Source: Macrostomum hystrix (Eukaryota; Animalia; Platyhelminthes). Taken from it: a stretch of 64,000 nt of DNA. Shown here in pieces: positions 25,393-37,745 of this stretch (its first letter is position 1; each line of letters begins with the position of its first letter). The DNA is taken from assembly GCA_950097015.1 (NCBI GenBank), contig CATNEN010000039.1:6634001-6698000 (forward strand). Direction: 5' to 3'. The translations under genes were made by a program, and so were the position numbers. Under the pieces are notes generated by a model. The model had not been told where the DNA came from. It made no database searches and saw nothing but the letters and a program-made list of their open reading frames with translations.

Positions 25393-26690
25393 TAGAATCA
25401 CAACAGAAACAGTAGCTAGAATCACAACAGAAACAGCAGCTAGAATCACAACAGAAACAGTAGCTAGAATCACAACAGAAACAGTAGCTAGAATCACAAC
25501 AGAAACAGTAGCTAGAATCCCAACAGAAACAGTAGCTAGAATCACAACAGAAACAGTAGCTAGAATCACAACAGAAACAGTAGCTAGAATCACAACAGAA
25601 ACAGTAGCTAGAATCACAACAGAAACAGTAGCTAGAATCACAACAGAAACAGTAGCTAGAATCACAACAGAAACAGTAGCTAGAATCACAACAGAAACAG
25701 TAGCTAGAATCACTACAGAAACAGTAGCTAGAATCACAACAGAAACAGTAGCTAGAATCACAACAGAAACAGTAGCTAGAATCACAACAGAAACAGTAGC
25801 TAGAATCACTACAGAAACAGAAGCTAGAATCACAACAGAAACAGTAGCTAGAATCACAACAGAAACAGAAGCTAGAATCACTACAGAAACAGTAGCTAGA
25901 ATCACAACAGAAACAGTAGCTAGAATCACAACAGAAACAGTAGCTAGAATCACAACAGAAACAGTAGCTAGAATCACTACAGAAACAGAAGCTAGAATCA
26001 CTACAGAAACAGTAGCTAGAATCACAACAGAAACAGAAGCCAGAATCACAACAGAAACAGTAGCTAGAATCACTACAGAAACAGTAGCTAGAATCACAAC
26101 AGAAACAGTAGCTAGAATCACAACAGAAACAGAAGCTAGAATCACTACAGAAACAGAAGCTAGAATCACAACAGAAACAGAAGCTAGAATCACTACAGAA
26201 ACGGTGGCTAGAATCACAACAGAAACCGTAGTTTGAATCACAACAGAAACAGTAGCTAGAATCACAACAGAAACAGTAGCTAGAATCACAACAGAAACAG
26301 AAGCTAGAATCACAACAGAAACAGTAGCTAGAATCACAACAGAAACAGTAGCTAGAATCACAACAGAAACAGTAGTTTGAATTGTAGCAAGAACTTTAAA
26401 TTTAATATTAGCTACAAGCGTATGGAAACTTTCTGACTAATCTGTTTTGACAGATTTTGTTAATCAGTTAAACAACAAATAATCTAGATATAATGCCCAT
26501 GCTGACATCATTAGCCATCTAGACTACTAGAAGTAGTAGTTGGCCTCTTATCATGGCTGCTCTGGAGGCGTATAAAATGGCACACAGGCTCGTCCAACAA
26601 GTCCGCGCGGTGCAACGGGTCCAACAGATCCAGAGAAAGCCTTACCCCAGTGAATCTGACTAGAATGGCTGTGAAATTGTTCGCTAGCCT
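25392..26690 (+). repeat. Near-identical duplicate of ~19684-20982 (24-bp array, neuropeptide promoter, first codons)
   Basis: Constant offset of 5708 bp; same order of array variants; ATG copy at 26665 truncated after MAVKLFAS. Confidence 0.92.
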
Positions 26691-26899
26691 AGCCTAGCCG
26701 AAAAATATTTTCGAGCGTTTTAGACAAGACTCACATATGCAGAAAAAATCTAATGACAAAAGACAAAACATACTTTCGTAGGAGTGTATACTTTACTGTG
26801 TACAGTTAAAACAGAGGAATAACTTATTTCCTTTCGCTATGAGGCTAGACTCACACCGCCACTGAAGCCAATAAATTGAATACATTTGCAATAAGAAAT

Positions 26900-27260
26900 C
26901 GAACACGAAAAATCGAATTGCCAAAAGTCAAAATGGACGTACATATGAGCGTATATCTTCTGTGCACACATAAAGGTAGAAAGCGAAGTGATTCCTCTCT
27001 TTTCTGCATGGAAAATGTTGTGTGCTGTGCTCAAAGACAGATTTCATAATTTCTCTGGAATTTGTTTAAATCCCAAAACAGTTTAAAATCTTCCCGATCT
27101 AAGTTAAATACTTGTAATTCCGCAAATCTTGTTATTTGCTGTTCTTTCTTCTCAGGACTTTCGATTGCTTCGATTGCAACATTGAGCAGACTCAAAAGTT
27201 GCGACTTCTGTAAATCTCCTCGTAAAACTGCGATCCAAGCTTGCTCCATTTCTAAAACTT
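26900..27260 (-). pseudogene. Possible decayed hAT-type transposase C-terminal fragment
   Basis: Frameshifted minus-strand peptides ..FAELQ..EDFKLFW.. and ..STFMCAQ.. loosely resemble the hAT dimerisation pattern (FW..FP.L..STYLCEQ). Weak. Confidence 0.25.
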
Positions 27261-27710
27261 AAATTGGCTCTTAGTTTGAAAATGATGTGCTGTAGTCTGC
27301 TGAGCAGCCTCCAGGTCATCTGTGTGGTCAGTGCAGCCTAGGTGCTGTGAGAGGGCTTGGGAGTAGGAATTTTGCGTTACCCGTACACACTCATTTCCGC
27401 TCGCCATCCCCTCCCCCCTTCCATCGTGGTGCAATCGCTTCGGTTCGGAAGAAGATTGGCAGAATATCGCTCAAATGCTCCTACTATAAGTAGAGCACAA
27501 TCCGACGAATACACAAATTGTATTTGCTTCGTGGTAGTTCACTTCGTGTACCGCAGTCGTGCACCTAGGCTAGAAATTCTTCATGAGTTTTGTACTCTGC
27601 GTTTAACTCTCCTTCTGTTCTTTCCGAGAGACAAAAACACGCGATTTTTTGGGCTGAGTCTGAGATTCCTTAAGACTTTAAAAATTCCCATTTCCTGATC
27701 CCATCCCTGC

Positions 27711-28100
27711 GGGGGGTCGGTGGCAGAGCGGTCTAACGCGTTTACCTCTCGCACCAATGTCCATAAGTTCGATTCCACGGCGAGGCCACATTCATTTGGG
27801 GCGCAGCCGCGGAGGGAAGGCTTGGGTATTGTCGTGCAATTTACACCCTTGAGGGCCAACCTCCAAGACACAGTGAAAGTGTACACTGTCTGACGATGAG
27901 AAAGCCAGGCCAGATGTACACACCTGTGTGAGCGTATGCCTGCGTACAGTATCTCAGTGCGTGTGTGCTCAGGAGTCAGCGAAATGGGCAGAATTGCCTC
28001 CTCGCTGGCTGCGGGTCTAGTGTCACCAAACTATGTGCCATTGCCCGCAGCAATGGCACATAGCTGCGGGCAATGGCTGCGGGCATTATTGTTATTAACA
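27711..28100 (+). mobile_element. tRNA-derived SINE (family 1)
   Basis: A box tggcagagcgg, B box gttcgattcc, shared body, ttattgttatta tail. Confidence 0.9.
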
Positions 28101-28102
28101 AG

Positions 28103-28215
28103 TGACCGTACCCCGTTGCCACCACGGCGGGCCTTCACGACGACTCTCCGGCTGAGAATTTTGGATATTGCCAATACACCACCAGCTGGTACCAGCATTC
28201 CAACTGTCAGTAATT
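28103..28215 (-). pseudogene. Remnant of a third FReD paralogue (5' part of exon 3 plus intron)
   Basis: gaccgtaccccgttgccaccacggcgggcc..ggatattgccaatacacc matches 31876-31953. Cut off next to the SINE tail. Confidence 0.75.
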
Positions 28216-29679
28216 GTTCTCGAGCCCGAGGTATTGAAGCCTTGTGAAAGAAATCATTGTGAAAGAAAGAGTAGTGACAGATAAAGAGCTCAATGCTGGG
28301 TTGTGACATGCTAATAGTGACTTGCAAAATCGGCCCCGTTTAGGCCACCGTTTGATGTGCTGTGATTTATTAGTCTATGCTGCATATGCTGGCAACTGCT
28401 AGTAGACTAGCAGACTAGCTCGTTCGCGCTGCCTTTTTCTAAACAACATCTTGACTGCAAATTATCAATCGCAGTAAAGACGCCATTTCTGTACCTTCGT
28501 GATCCTGAATTCATGGATAGCTCCAAGTAGGCGGCCTGATCCGCGAGGCTCTTACCTAACAGAGAGGACACCGGGAGCATCCGCCAATCCCCAAAACTCT
28601 GCTAGAGCCTGGGTGTAGCGAGTGTCACTCACATCTGACCAGCGTCCGTTGTCGAAGGTTGGGGTGGACCCGGAGTCGACTCTAGGGTCATAGAGACAAC
28701 GAAGGCTAGGTGGTCTGCGCCTCTCTGATTTCCAGTGAGTGGGCGTTGATTACACCCTTGTTGGGCAGTGCGACCGTATCGTCACCTATTAAATTAATTG
28801 ATTTTATCTTTCTGATACTTATTCACAGCGGCTAAGTCACCCTCTTAGGACGCCAAGAAGAAACGCAGCGACCTGACATATTATCTCCTTAGACTGTTGC
28901 GTTTTTTCATAAGTTTATGTAACGTATCGCTTACGAGGGATATCTCCATAGACAGGTAAATCTCCTCAGCATTGTTGAGTCAGCCTTCCAGTGCAGGCAT
29001 TGTTAGGCTTGTCCACGTGAAATTGATAGACAGGAATGAGCTGTTTCTCCGATTGGTCGCAACCCTAGCCGTAGCCAGCCGTATCTGAAAAAACAGGTAG
29101 AAGGCCGGGGCTATGCCCAGTGCACGATTCAGCCAGAGGCCCTGGATGGATCACCAGCGCAGTAGCCCATTCTGTCCAGCTGCCCTAGTGTCAGTCTTGA
29201 ACACTCGGGATGTGTACCCATGGGTCAGCTGACGGGACAGTGTGGAGGGATTCCAGCGCCGGGAGGCGAAGGGCATTCCCTGCCATAACCTGAGTCGTCG
29301 TTCCTGTCCTGTTCCTTCGCGCTCTCGCTCATAGATCTGAGTCTACAGATGAACACAGCAGATAGTGAGTTATTTTCGTCCTTGGCTGTCAGTCCCCAGC
29401 TAAACAGCTACGTTACTCATACAGAGATCAGTGCAAAATCACATTCGGCAAAGACATGAAAGAAAGAACACAAAATACGAAGCTGTGGAGCCAGCAGCTG
29501 AGCTGCCTGATCAATCAGAAAGAGAGACTGCATTGTAGGCAGATCAAAGAGCCGAATAACTTTCATCCAGGACCCAGTGCTTGTTATTTAGCTTAAATTG
29601 ACTCCACTGTCGTAGCATGCTGGTTGCCAAGAGTCGCTGATCATCTTCCATAACGCTTCTAGCAATCGAGCGCATAGCA

Positions 29680-30413
29680 ATGTCCCAGCATCGCTTGCTG
29701 AAGAAGCTGACAGAGCTCACCTGCTGCCTGCTACTCCTGCTGCCGGCTCTGGTAATGACTGATAGGCAGAAATTGCTGCTCAAATACCTAGGCTGCTATG
29801 TTGACTGCGTTGATGGTGTGCCAGTGCTCGACGGCCTGAAAGGCTTAACGAGGCTCGGCAGATACACAAAGCTTGAGTCGAATGTCAACGATATCATGGG
29901 CCTAATGAGCTGGCAGTATTGTGCGTCAATTTGCTCAATCGGCGGCTTCCCCTACATGGGGCTGCAGGCCGGGACCGGCTGCTATGCGGCTTCCCCTACA
30001 TGGGGCTGCAGGCCGGGACCGGCTGCTACTGCGGCTTCCCCTACATGGGGCTGCAGGCCGGGACCGGCTGCTACTGCGGCTTCCCCTACATGGGGCTGCA
30101 GGCCGGGACCGGCTGCTACTGCGGCTTCCCCTACATGGGGCTGCAGGCCGGGACCGGCTGCTACTGCGGCTTCCCCTACATGGGGCTGCAGGCCGGGACC
30201 GGCTGCTACTGCGGCTTCCCCTACATGGGGCTGCAGGCCGGGACCGGCTGCTACTGCGGCTTCCCCTACATGGGGCTGGCAGCCAGCAACTTCTTTAAGT
30301 GCGTGTTATCGTGCGCCTCGGGCTGCCTGGCAATAATTTACAGCTCGCTGAGCGGCGACTGCTACCTGCTGAAGTTTCCGCTGATTCCCAACGACCTGGT
30401 TGGCGTCCTCTGA
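29680..30413 (+). pseudogene. Secreted WSC-domain (+ PAN-like tail) gene with frameshift and internal 45-bp amplification
   Basis: Hydrophobic N-terminus; WSC motifs YLGCYVD..MSWQYCASICSIGGFPYMGLQAGTGCYCG; 1-nt loss near 29984; Cys-rich tail KCVLSCASGCLAIIYSSLSGDCYLL. Confidence 0.7.
29944..30278 (+). repeat. 45-bp exonic tandem repeat, 7 full units + 1 partial
   Basis: Units start at 29944, 29988, 30033, 30078, 30123, 30168, 30213, 30258. Confidence 0.97.
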
Positions 30414-30877
30414 GACTTCTGGACGCTGATGCGACGCGGAATGGACACGAAGACGTCTGAACTTGTTGCCACAATACAACATTGCATTATAGTGATTTGA
30501 GTCAGTTGGCAATACTTTAATTCACAGTAAAAACCAGAAGGACCATGCACTTCTAAAAACCATTTTGCGACGCTTAACTACGAGATTACTCTCGTATTAT
30601 TCTCGAGATTACTCTTGTAACTCGTATTACTCTCCGCAGTGAAAAAAAGGATATTCGGGAAAAAATATGAAAAAATAGAAGAAAGCGGTCAATGGCGTTT
30701 GTGCTGCGCCAAATCTTATTCAGCAACTCCCGTTTCAGCATCTCATGTCTCGACTTTGTTGCCTTGTGTATTTTCTTCTGTCATGTTTTTCATAAAGTTG
30801 ACGCTGCTCAAATGTTCTATTCAGAAAATCGTCATGACATGCTATGCAAATAAAGTTACATGGGATTCTTCTGAGAG

Positions 30878-33800
30878 TCATTGGAATATTAGCGATAGCC
30901 GTGTGGCCCTCAGTGACACCCAGCTGAAGTTGTGAAACCAACTCATCCAATAGGGCTTTATAATCTCCCCAGGTGGATATAGTCCGTTGGGATTTGAAGT
31001 TGCGCAGAAGTTGAACCACCAGCCGCTACCGCCGTGGTACATTGTGGAACATGAGGCGGAAAACAGGTCGTTGTCACGGTCCTTGGTGGAGAACATCATT
31101 CCGTTGTGATTGCGGAGACGATCGTATGGAAAGTTCGAGCGCGCTATATTTAGCGCCGCCACCGTCATTGTGTAATTCGTGCTGGCATTCTGGACAAGAA
31201 AGTTGGGGTACTCCTGCTGCAACTTGACACTGGACCAGGGGATCAGTTGTGCCAGCAGAGTGACGCCGGTAGAGAAAGCTGCGCTGATCTGGTGAATCGC
31301 TTGCAATCCTGAGGTTTGAAACAAAGAGCTCAACTGCTTTTGCTGTTTACTTTTTTAGTTTATCCTACGAGACTTTAGATGGCACCGTGTGCTGGTCACA
31401 AACTGGGTTTGAGACTGCTTGCAGCACCGCCAATCAACTGTGAGATTCAGGGCACCTAGTCCAAAACTTTCCTATTTCGAAACCTTCGAACTTTCGAATT
31501 GATGCGTATTAAGAACGAACGTATACACGGCTGCGCTATTCGATAAATGCAGTATTTAAATTACCGACAATAAGGCCCAAAAAAACCAATAAGCCATTTA
31601 AAATAGCCCGAAAGCAGCTCGAAAATGACTCGAAATTGAGGCTCGATTGTAGCTAAATACTTCAAACTAGATTCAAGCTAGGCTTACCCTAGCTTGCTAG
31701 GCTTACTGTCATGGGATAAAAATCATCTGGACTGAAATTTTCACTCGACCATTCTGACATAAAGAAAACGCACCAATCCAGAAGTTGACTTGATCGCCAA
31801 AGCCGGTCTCGTAGGCTCCCCAGTCCTGCTGGAAGCTGGAGTTGCTCACCCGCTGCTGGATGGGGCAGAACAGGCGACCGTACCGCGTTGCCACCACGGC
31901 GCGCTTGCACGACGACTCCGCTGCTGTGAATTTCGGATATTGTTCAATACACCTGCATTTCTACTGTCAATAGGGGCTCTCGAGCATTGCAGCTAGTGCT
32001 TATGATTACCATCAGTCAAGATTAACTATCAATTCGTATCTCACCTGCCCGGCTTCTCAGGCCATTGTTAAAAACCGTTGAGCCAAAGAATTCGGTGAGA
32101 CCTCCCGGCTCCTCGTTGGACGTGTGGCACTCGGACGTGGCCGAGGAGAATCCGAAGGTCAGACAGTCGCTGCGTCCGCTGCACAGAGCCGCGCAATGAA
32201 GCCTTCCTCTGGCAGTCAGCCTGCTCACTGAGGCGAACTCAACGACTTGGTGAGGCGAGCTGCGCTCAGATTGAAACTGGCGAATAACTAAGAAAAAAAC
32301 GAAACAAAAAGCTTTCTTTTGTAGCGTTAGTACACATTCAACGATGCTTGAAATGTAGAGCATCCTCGAATGTAACATGAAATGGAAAACTGTGTGTGAA
32401 TTTACTTTTGACTCGTGGCCTCCGAGTTTTGCTATAGCATTTTGCTATGCTATTTCTTCATTCTATGCAAAGCAGTACAGTTATCTCATACATTTTCTTG
32501 TTGCAGAAAGCTTTGCCTTCGAAGTAGAATTACACAAACAAGCTTTCATGCAGTTTCAAGAGCAGATTCAAGGAGGAGATTGTGAAGGGCTTGGATAAAT
32601 CTTTCCGCCATCTAAGAACAATGTTTGCCTCAGTGGATTTTAAGAGAGCGATACGACGAAGCTGATAAGCAACAATTTAAGTGTATTTTGTAAGCGATGG
32701 TGACCATCAATCATTTTTTCCGTGACCCACAAGAGCTTTATAGGACAAACTCGTCAGTTTTGCAACATCGAGTGGTCCTGAAACGGGTCAAGGGTGTCAA
32801 TTTGACACCACAATGTCCATCATACCAGATGCGCGTTGCATGAAGGCCTACAGGTAATTATTGCTCCAAAGGTCGCGAGCTCGATTCTGCAGCGTGTTCA
32901 GGCTCATTTGCGGATTGAAGGCTGAGGGCTTGTCTTGCAGTTCATTCATATATATGTGTATGCTTGCCTCTGGCACAAAGGTCCCTGAGCTCGATTCCGC
33001 GGCGAGGCCACATTTATTTAGGGGCACAGCCGCGGAGAGACAGCTGGGGTGGCTTGACTTGCTATTTACGTCCTTAACAGTAGAAAGACCACAGGATATT
33101 TCAAATACCCACATTGTACTTTTTTTCTGTATCTCCAAAAATATTTAACCAGTCGCCATGAAAATCCAGAACACGGGCTAAAATTTTCCGCTCTTCCACT
33201 CAGGAATTTTATAACTCCAGAGTCACAAAACATCAGCATTGTCGAGATATTCAAGGATTCTCGTCGAGGTGTCTGGTGGCTGAAATCCCAAATATAGGCA
33301 TAATTTTTCGACACCATATTCATCATATCATTTTCAGGGACTACTCAATAAATGAGTATTTAGTAGTCCAGCTGATCATTTCAAGCGTGTCAACTCCACA
33401 AACAGTGTCGATCATTCGCAGGGACCAATGCTCCCAGCATCCCAGTCACCAGGATCCCCTTCATCACCGTATGGAGCATCAGCGTGCAGAAAAGGATCCT
33501 TCAATTTCAGCTTCGGGAACGCAGTCGCCTTTGAGATTCTGATCGGGTGCTTTTTTGAAGGTCCTGAAGGTCGCCGCTGATGCTCCAGACGGCGATGAAG
33601 GGGATCCTGGTGACTAGGATGCTGAGAAAAAAGGTCCCTACGACAGAAGGACTCAGCTTATTGAACCAAACGGATTCGCCTTGGGAGGTTTATAAAGAAC
33701 AATGTCAGATTTCCTTGTCACCAGGGTCTTCGACTATAATCGCTGAATATCTCGACGATGATGACTCGGACGGCTGTGAAAGTTAGTTCAACGTTAAGGG

Positions 33801-35336
33801 TGGAAATTTTAATGCAGATGGTGGACTTTGACAAAAATCGGTCATTCAGTTTTGGAGCTATCGTGTAACACCCCGTGGTCTTTCCCCAGGGGGGGACAGC
33901 GTCTTTCTACTTTTAAGGGGCCAATCTCCAATGTACAGTGAGAGCGTACACTGCCTGAGAAAGTCAGGGCAGATTTACACACATCATGCGAGTACAGTAT
34001 CATACAGTATTTTTGTGCGCATGTGTTCAGGAGTCAGGAGTCAGCGAAATGGGCAGAATTGCCTCCTCGCTGGTTGTGGGTCTATAGATTTGCCAAATGA
34101 TGTGCCATTGCCCACAGCCATCCTGAAAATATTAAATATTATCATATTATTATTAGGGATCAGAGGAATGTGCTAAAATTGCCTGAGCCTCGCAGGCTGT
34201 GGTCCAAAATGATGCCCAGCAACACACTCCCCTGAAATCGTTAAAACTAGTTAAAACACAGGCACAGGGGTCGGTGGCAGAGCGGTTAACGCGTTTGCCA
34301 CTCGCACCACAGTCCCTAAGTTCGATTCCACGGCGAGGCCACATTTATTTGGGGCGCAGCCGCGGAGAGAAGGCTTGGGGGCTTGTCGTGCAATTTACGC
34401 CCTTGAGGGCCAACCTCCAAGGCACAGTTCGAGTGTACACTGCCTGACGATGAGAAAGTCAGGGCAGATGTACACACCTGTGTGAGCGTATGCCTGCGTA
34501 CGGTATCTGTGTGCGTGTGTGCTCAGGAGTCAGCGAAATGGGCAGAATTGCCTCCTCGCTGGCTGCGGGTCTAGTGTCACCAAACTATGTGTCATTGCCC
34601 GCAGCCCTCCTGCAATTATTATTATTATTATTACAGGCACAATAAGGCACAGTTTCTCGCTCTGGAGTTTCAAATTATTTCATTGCTTAGCTTGGTCAAC
34701 AACAAGAACGGAACCTGCAGGTAGAAACACACCGCTAACAATGGTGATAGACAGGAGCAAAATATGCTATCCCGTTGTCCTAGCAACGCTTCACTTGACG
34801 ACAACAACTGCAAATTACTCGTAATGCGAGACGACTGAAACAGGACTGATGGAATAGCCTGAGACTTTATCACGACTTTTGGAACTATTTCCATTGACAC
34901 ATTGGCACCATACCACGTAGTCTGAGATTATCTTTATTAGTTTTCCATCTTTGAGGTAGCTTGCTCATGCGAATCAAGTCAGACCGTTCAGTCCATGGAC
35001 TGGGAAGACGCCACAACAACCCTCAATTACCCCAGCTGATGCTGTTACCGTGAGTCGTGAGTTAAGTCGTGAGTTTAAGTCGTAAGTTCGACGCCCTAAC
35101 CACCTGGTCCTTAGGGACAAACAGACTTGGGAACCTCTGCCAGCTCAGCTAGCATTCCTAAAAAATTCAAGCACAAGCAAGCACAGCGGAAACATGAATC
35201 TACCAGACTGAGGCGGCGTGTTTCACCCCAGTCTGAGCAGGTGCTGGTTCGAGCACTCACCGGTAGCTGATTCGCCTGCAGCGAGCAGAGCTGAAGCAAT
35301 TAAGCAGAGCAGAAAACTTTTTGACGGATAGGACAT
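30878..35336 (-). CDS. Secreted PAN/apple-like + fibrinogen C-terminal domain protein (FReD), ~299 aa
   Basis: Exons 35336-35261 (signal peptide MSYPSKSFLLCLIASALLAAGESAT), 32287-32045 (HCAALCSGRSDCLTFGF..ECH), 31923-31774 (IQQRV..FQQDWGAYETGFGDQVNFWIG), 31308-30878 (HNGMMFSTKDRDND..GWWFNFC..NPNG). All phase 1, same structure as the 14521 gene. Confidence 0.85.
32960..34155 (+). mobile_element. Family-1 SINE split by a DNA transposon
   Basis: 5' part ~32960-33077 and 3' part 33913-34155 rejoin to give the SINE consensus ..ttacgcccttgagggccaacctcc.. Confidence 0.8.
33078..33912. mobile_element. piggyBac-like non-autonomous element with TTAA target duplication
   Basis: TTAA at 33074-33077 and 33913-33916; ends cagtagaaagac / gtctttctactt; subterminal gtggtctttc matches the left-end gaaagaccac. 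Confidence 0.75.
34267..34632 (+). mobile_element. tRNA-derived SINE (family 1), full length with TSD
   Basis: A and B boxes, (TTA)n tail, 9-bp TSD acaggcaca at 34258-34266 and 34633-34641. Confidence 0.93.
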
Positions 35337-35669
35337 TGTAACTTTAACAGTTGAAATCAGTCTGATTATTCCTGACTATTGTATCTGTGACGGGTCCTAA
35401 TGAATTCTAGAAGTAGGAAAGGTAGGATAGCCAGCCGCAGAGCTCAAACCAATAGTAAATCAGGAGGGCAGGCAGATAAACGGCAGGGTGGCATCTGATT
35501 GGCTGAATTCGCTTCCACTGCAGTTTGTTGAGGCGTTTCTAACTTTAAACATGCCACACTTCATCTATCCGTGTAATGGTAGCTGATGCTACAGACCACT
35601 GGTTAGATCTACTGACCAAGAGGTCACAAGTTCGAAACTTTGCCGACTGGCTTATATCATGTAGTATAA

Positions 35670-36140
35670 ATTTAGTGATGTGGAACGAATTTTGGTGATG
35701 TGATACCAATTTAGTGATGTTGTTCCAATTTGGTGATGTGGTACTAATTTGGTGGTTTGGTACCAATTTTGGTGATGTGGTACCAATGTGTTGATGTGGT
35801 ACCAATTTGTTGATGTGGTACCAATTTGGTGATGTTCCAATTTGGTGATGTGGTACCAATGTGTTGATGTGGTACCAATTTAGTAATGTGATACCAAATT
35901 ATTAATGTGGTACCAATTTAGTAATGTGGTACCAATTTAGTAATGTGGTACCAATTTAGTAATGTTGTTCCGATTTGGTGATGTGGTACCAATTTAGTGA
36001 TGTGATACCAATTTGGTGATGTGATATCAATTTGGTAATGTTGTTCCAATTTGGTGATGTGGTACCAATTTATAGTGATGTGGTACCAATTTATAGTGAT
36101 GTGGTACCAATTTAGTAATGCGGTGCCAGTTTAGTAATGG
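35670..36140. repeat. ~19-bp minisatellite (tggtaccaatttagtgatg)
   Basis: About 24 degenerate units. Confidence 0.9.
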
Positions 36141-36554
36141 TGTGCCAAAAGTAGCAAGAGCGTCTGACAACACGATCACAATTTTGAAAAAAATCAAACG
36201 ATTTATTTTGGAAAAAAATCAAAATCGGGCAGCTGTTGAATCGATTCTAAGAAACAAAGAAAAATAACTAGAAAAGTGCAGCTGCTAAAATGTAAAAAAA
36301 CGAAAAAATCACGCTGTTTAAAATCTTAAGAGTAAACTGCCTACTGTGGAACCGACAGAACTCAAAAGTAATTGAAAAAATCTGCTTGTTTACGAACAGG
36401 CCAGCTAGTGCGAGAAATCCTATGATGATAGGTCCAGATTCGCCGAAATCCCAATAGAATGAAAACTGCCGAAATAATATTTTAATTTCATGTCTAAATT
36501 TGTCTAGAGTTTTTTACGATCGAACTCTCGACTCATTCGCAATTTATGTCCAAC

Positions 36555-36700
36555 ATCGCATTGCTTCGCTTCACCCAGCTAGTAAATGGGTACCAGCATT
36601 AGCTGGGGTAATTAAGCTTGGGTGTGGTGTCCGCCCCCCAGTCCATGGACTGAACAGCTGTACGCAGCCTTCAGATGTGCCGCAGCTGTCAGGTGTATTC
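36555..36700 (+). mobile_element. Second SINE family fragment (CORE-like centre)
   Basis: cacccagctagtaaatgggtacc and the palindrome cagtccatggactg. Related copies in reverse orientation at ~34985-35050, ~42170-42215, ~42295-42490 (with tRNA-like head) and ~17925-17960. Confidence 0.6.
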
Positions 36701-37745
36701 AATGATTACGAACTACTAAAGCAGCTAGTTCACTGAAATAGGTGTGTGGAAACAAAAGTCGAGATTCCGTTAAGATTTCGTTAAGTCGAGATTCGGGTTT
36801 CGGCAATTTGGATTTTCTTAACAGGGAAAAATTAATTTGTTCAGCTGCATCGAAGGCATGAAATAGCCAATAGCAAAATATTTCGCACTTCTCCAAAATA
36901 TTCCTCAAAGGGCAGCAAAGCAATTGCGACCTGGAAGACCTTGGCTGGAGTAAATTCAGTAAACAAGAAGCACCACTACGGTTTAGGCAAAGGATAATAC
37001 GAGTCAATAGCTCTGAATAGACATTGGTGTGAAGATTTATGAGTAGTAAAAAGGTTAGCTTAGCACTATACTGCGTAGCAAATGATAGACATGATGTGAG
37101 AAACATCGACTGTGTTGGCAAGTGAGACAAAGTGTTTAGATTGTTTACGGCAGTTGAAATAAGAAAAAGAGATGAAAAATGACACACTTGCTAGATTTAG
37201 TGATGCTTTAAAAAAGAAGAGAAGGCTAACTATCGAAGCTAGATACTAGAGCCAACAAAGACGGATAAATGAGAGGTTTTGGGATGTGGGAGCGAGATAG
37301 CTCGAGAAATGAGGGGTTGTGGGAGTCAGGGGAGTGAGGTGGCTGGAGAGGGGTTGTGGGGGTCAGGGAGTGAGGTGGCTCGAGAAATGAGGGGTTGTGG
37401 GGTTCAGGGAGTGAGGTGGCTGAAGAAATGAGGCGTTGTGGGGGTCGGGATAGAGAGCCGGCTGGAAAAATGAGGGGTTGGTTTTCAAACGGGAACCGCA
37501 TTAGATATAGATTAGATAAAATATCTAAGCATGCGTTGAAAAAGTATTTTTGTGAAGCCAAAGCTTTTGAATGAATTTCAGTAATGTCATCACAGCATAC
37601 TTGAAGTTTACTAGCACAAACTGTGCTTTGTTAATTTTCAATCTAAAAACCCGAAATAGCGCAATGCAAAAAAATACTCCGAAAATATTATTGCTGCAAA
37701 AAGATGCAAAGTAAGCTGTTAGCTCTGCAGTCCAATGGAAGCAGT

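Noticed and set aside
18158-26361. 831-, 626-, 520- and 351-aa repetitive ORFs (mucin- or adhesin-like)
   Set aside because: Stop-free frames of 24-bp arrays, with no signal peptide, splice context or unique domain.
27711-27790. tRNA genes at SINE heads and isolated B boxes (~10795, ~14995, ~43380)
   Set aside because: No complete cloverleaf; they continue into SINE bodies or are fragments.
28500-29400. GC-richer stretch suspected to be a retroelement fragment
   Set aside because: No ORF, terminal repeat or recognisable motif to support a call.
34438-34470. Hammerhead ribozyme (ctgacga..gaaa..gtc) in the SINE
   Set aside because: No room for stems II and III between the core motifs; a simple hairpin explains the sequence.
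34525-34570. HDV-like ribozyme (gcctcctcgctggc, gcgaaatggg)
   Set aside because: The motifs are in the wrong order and P1/P3 pairings are missing.
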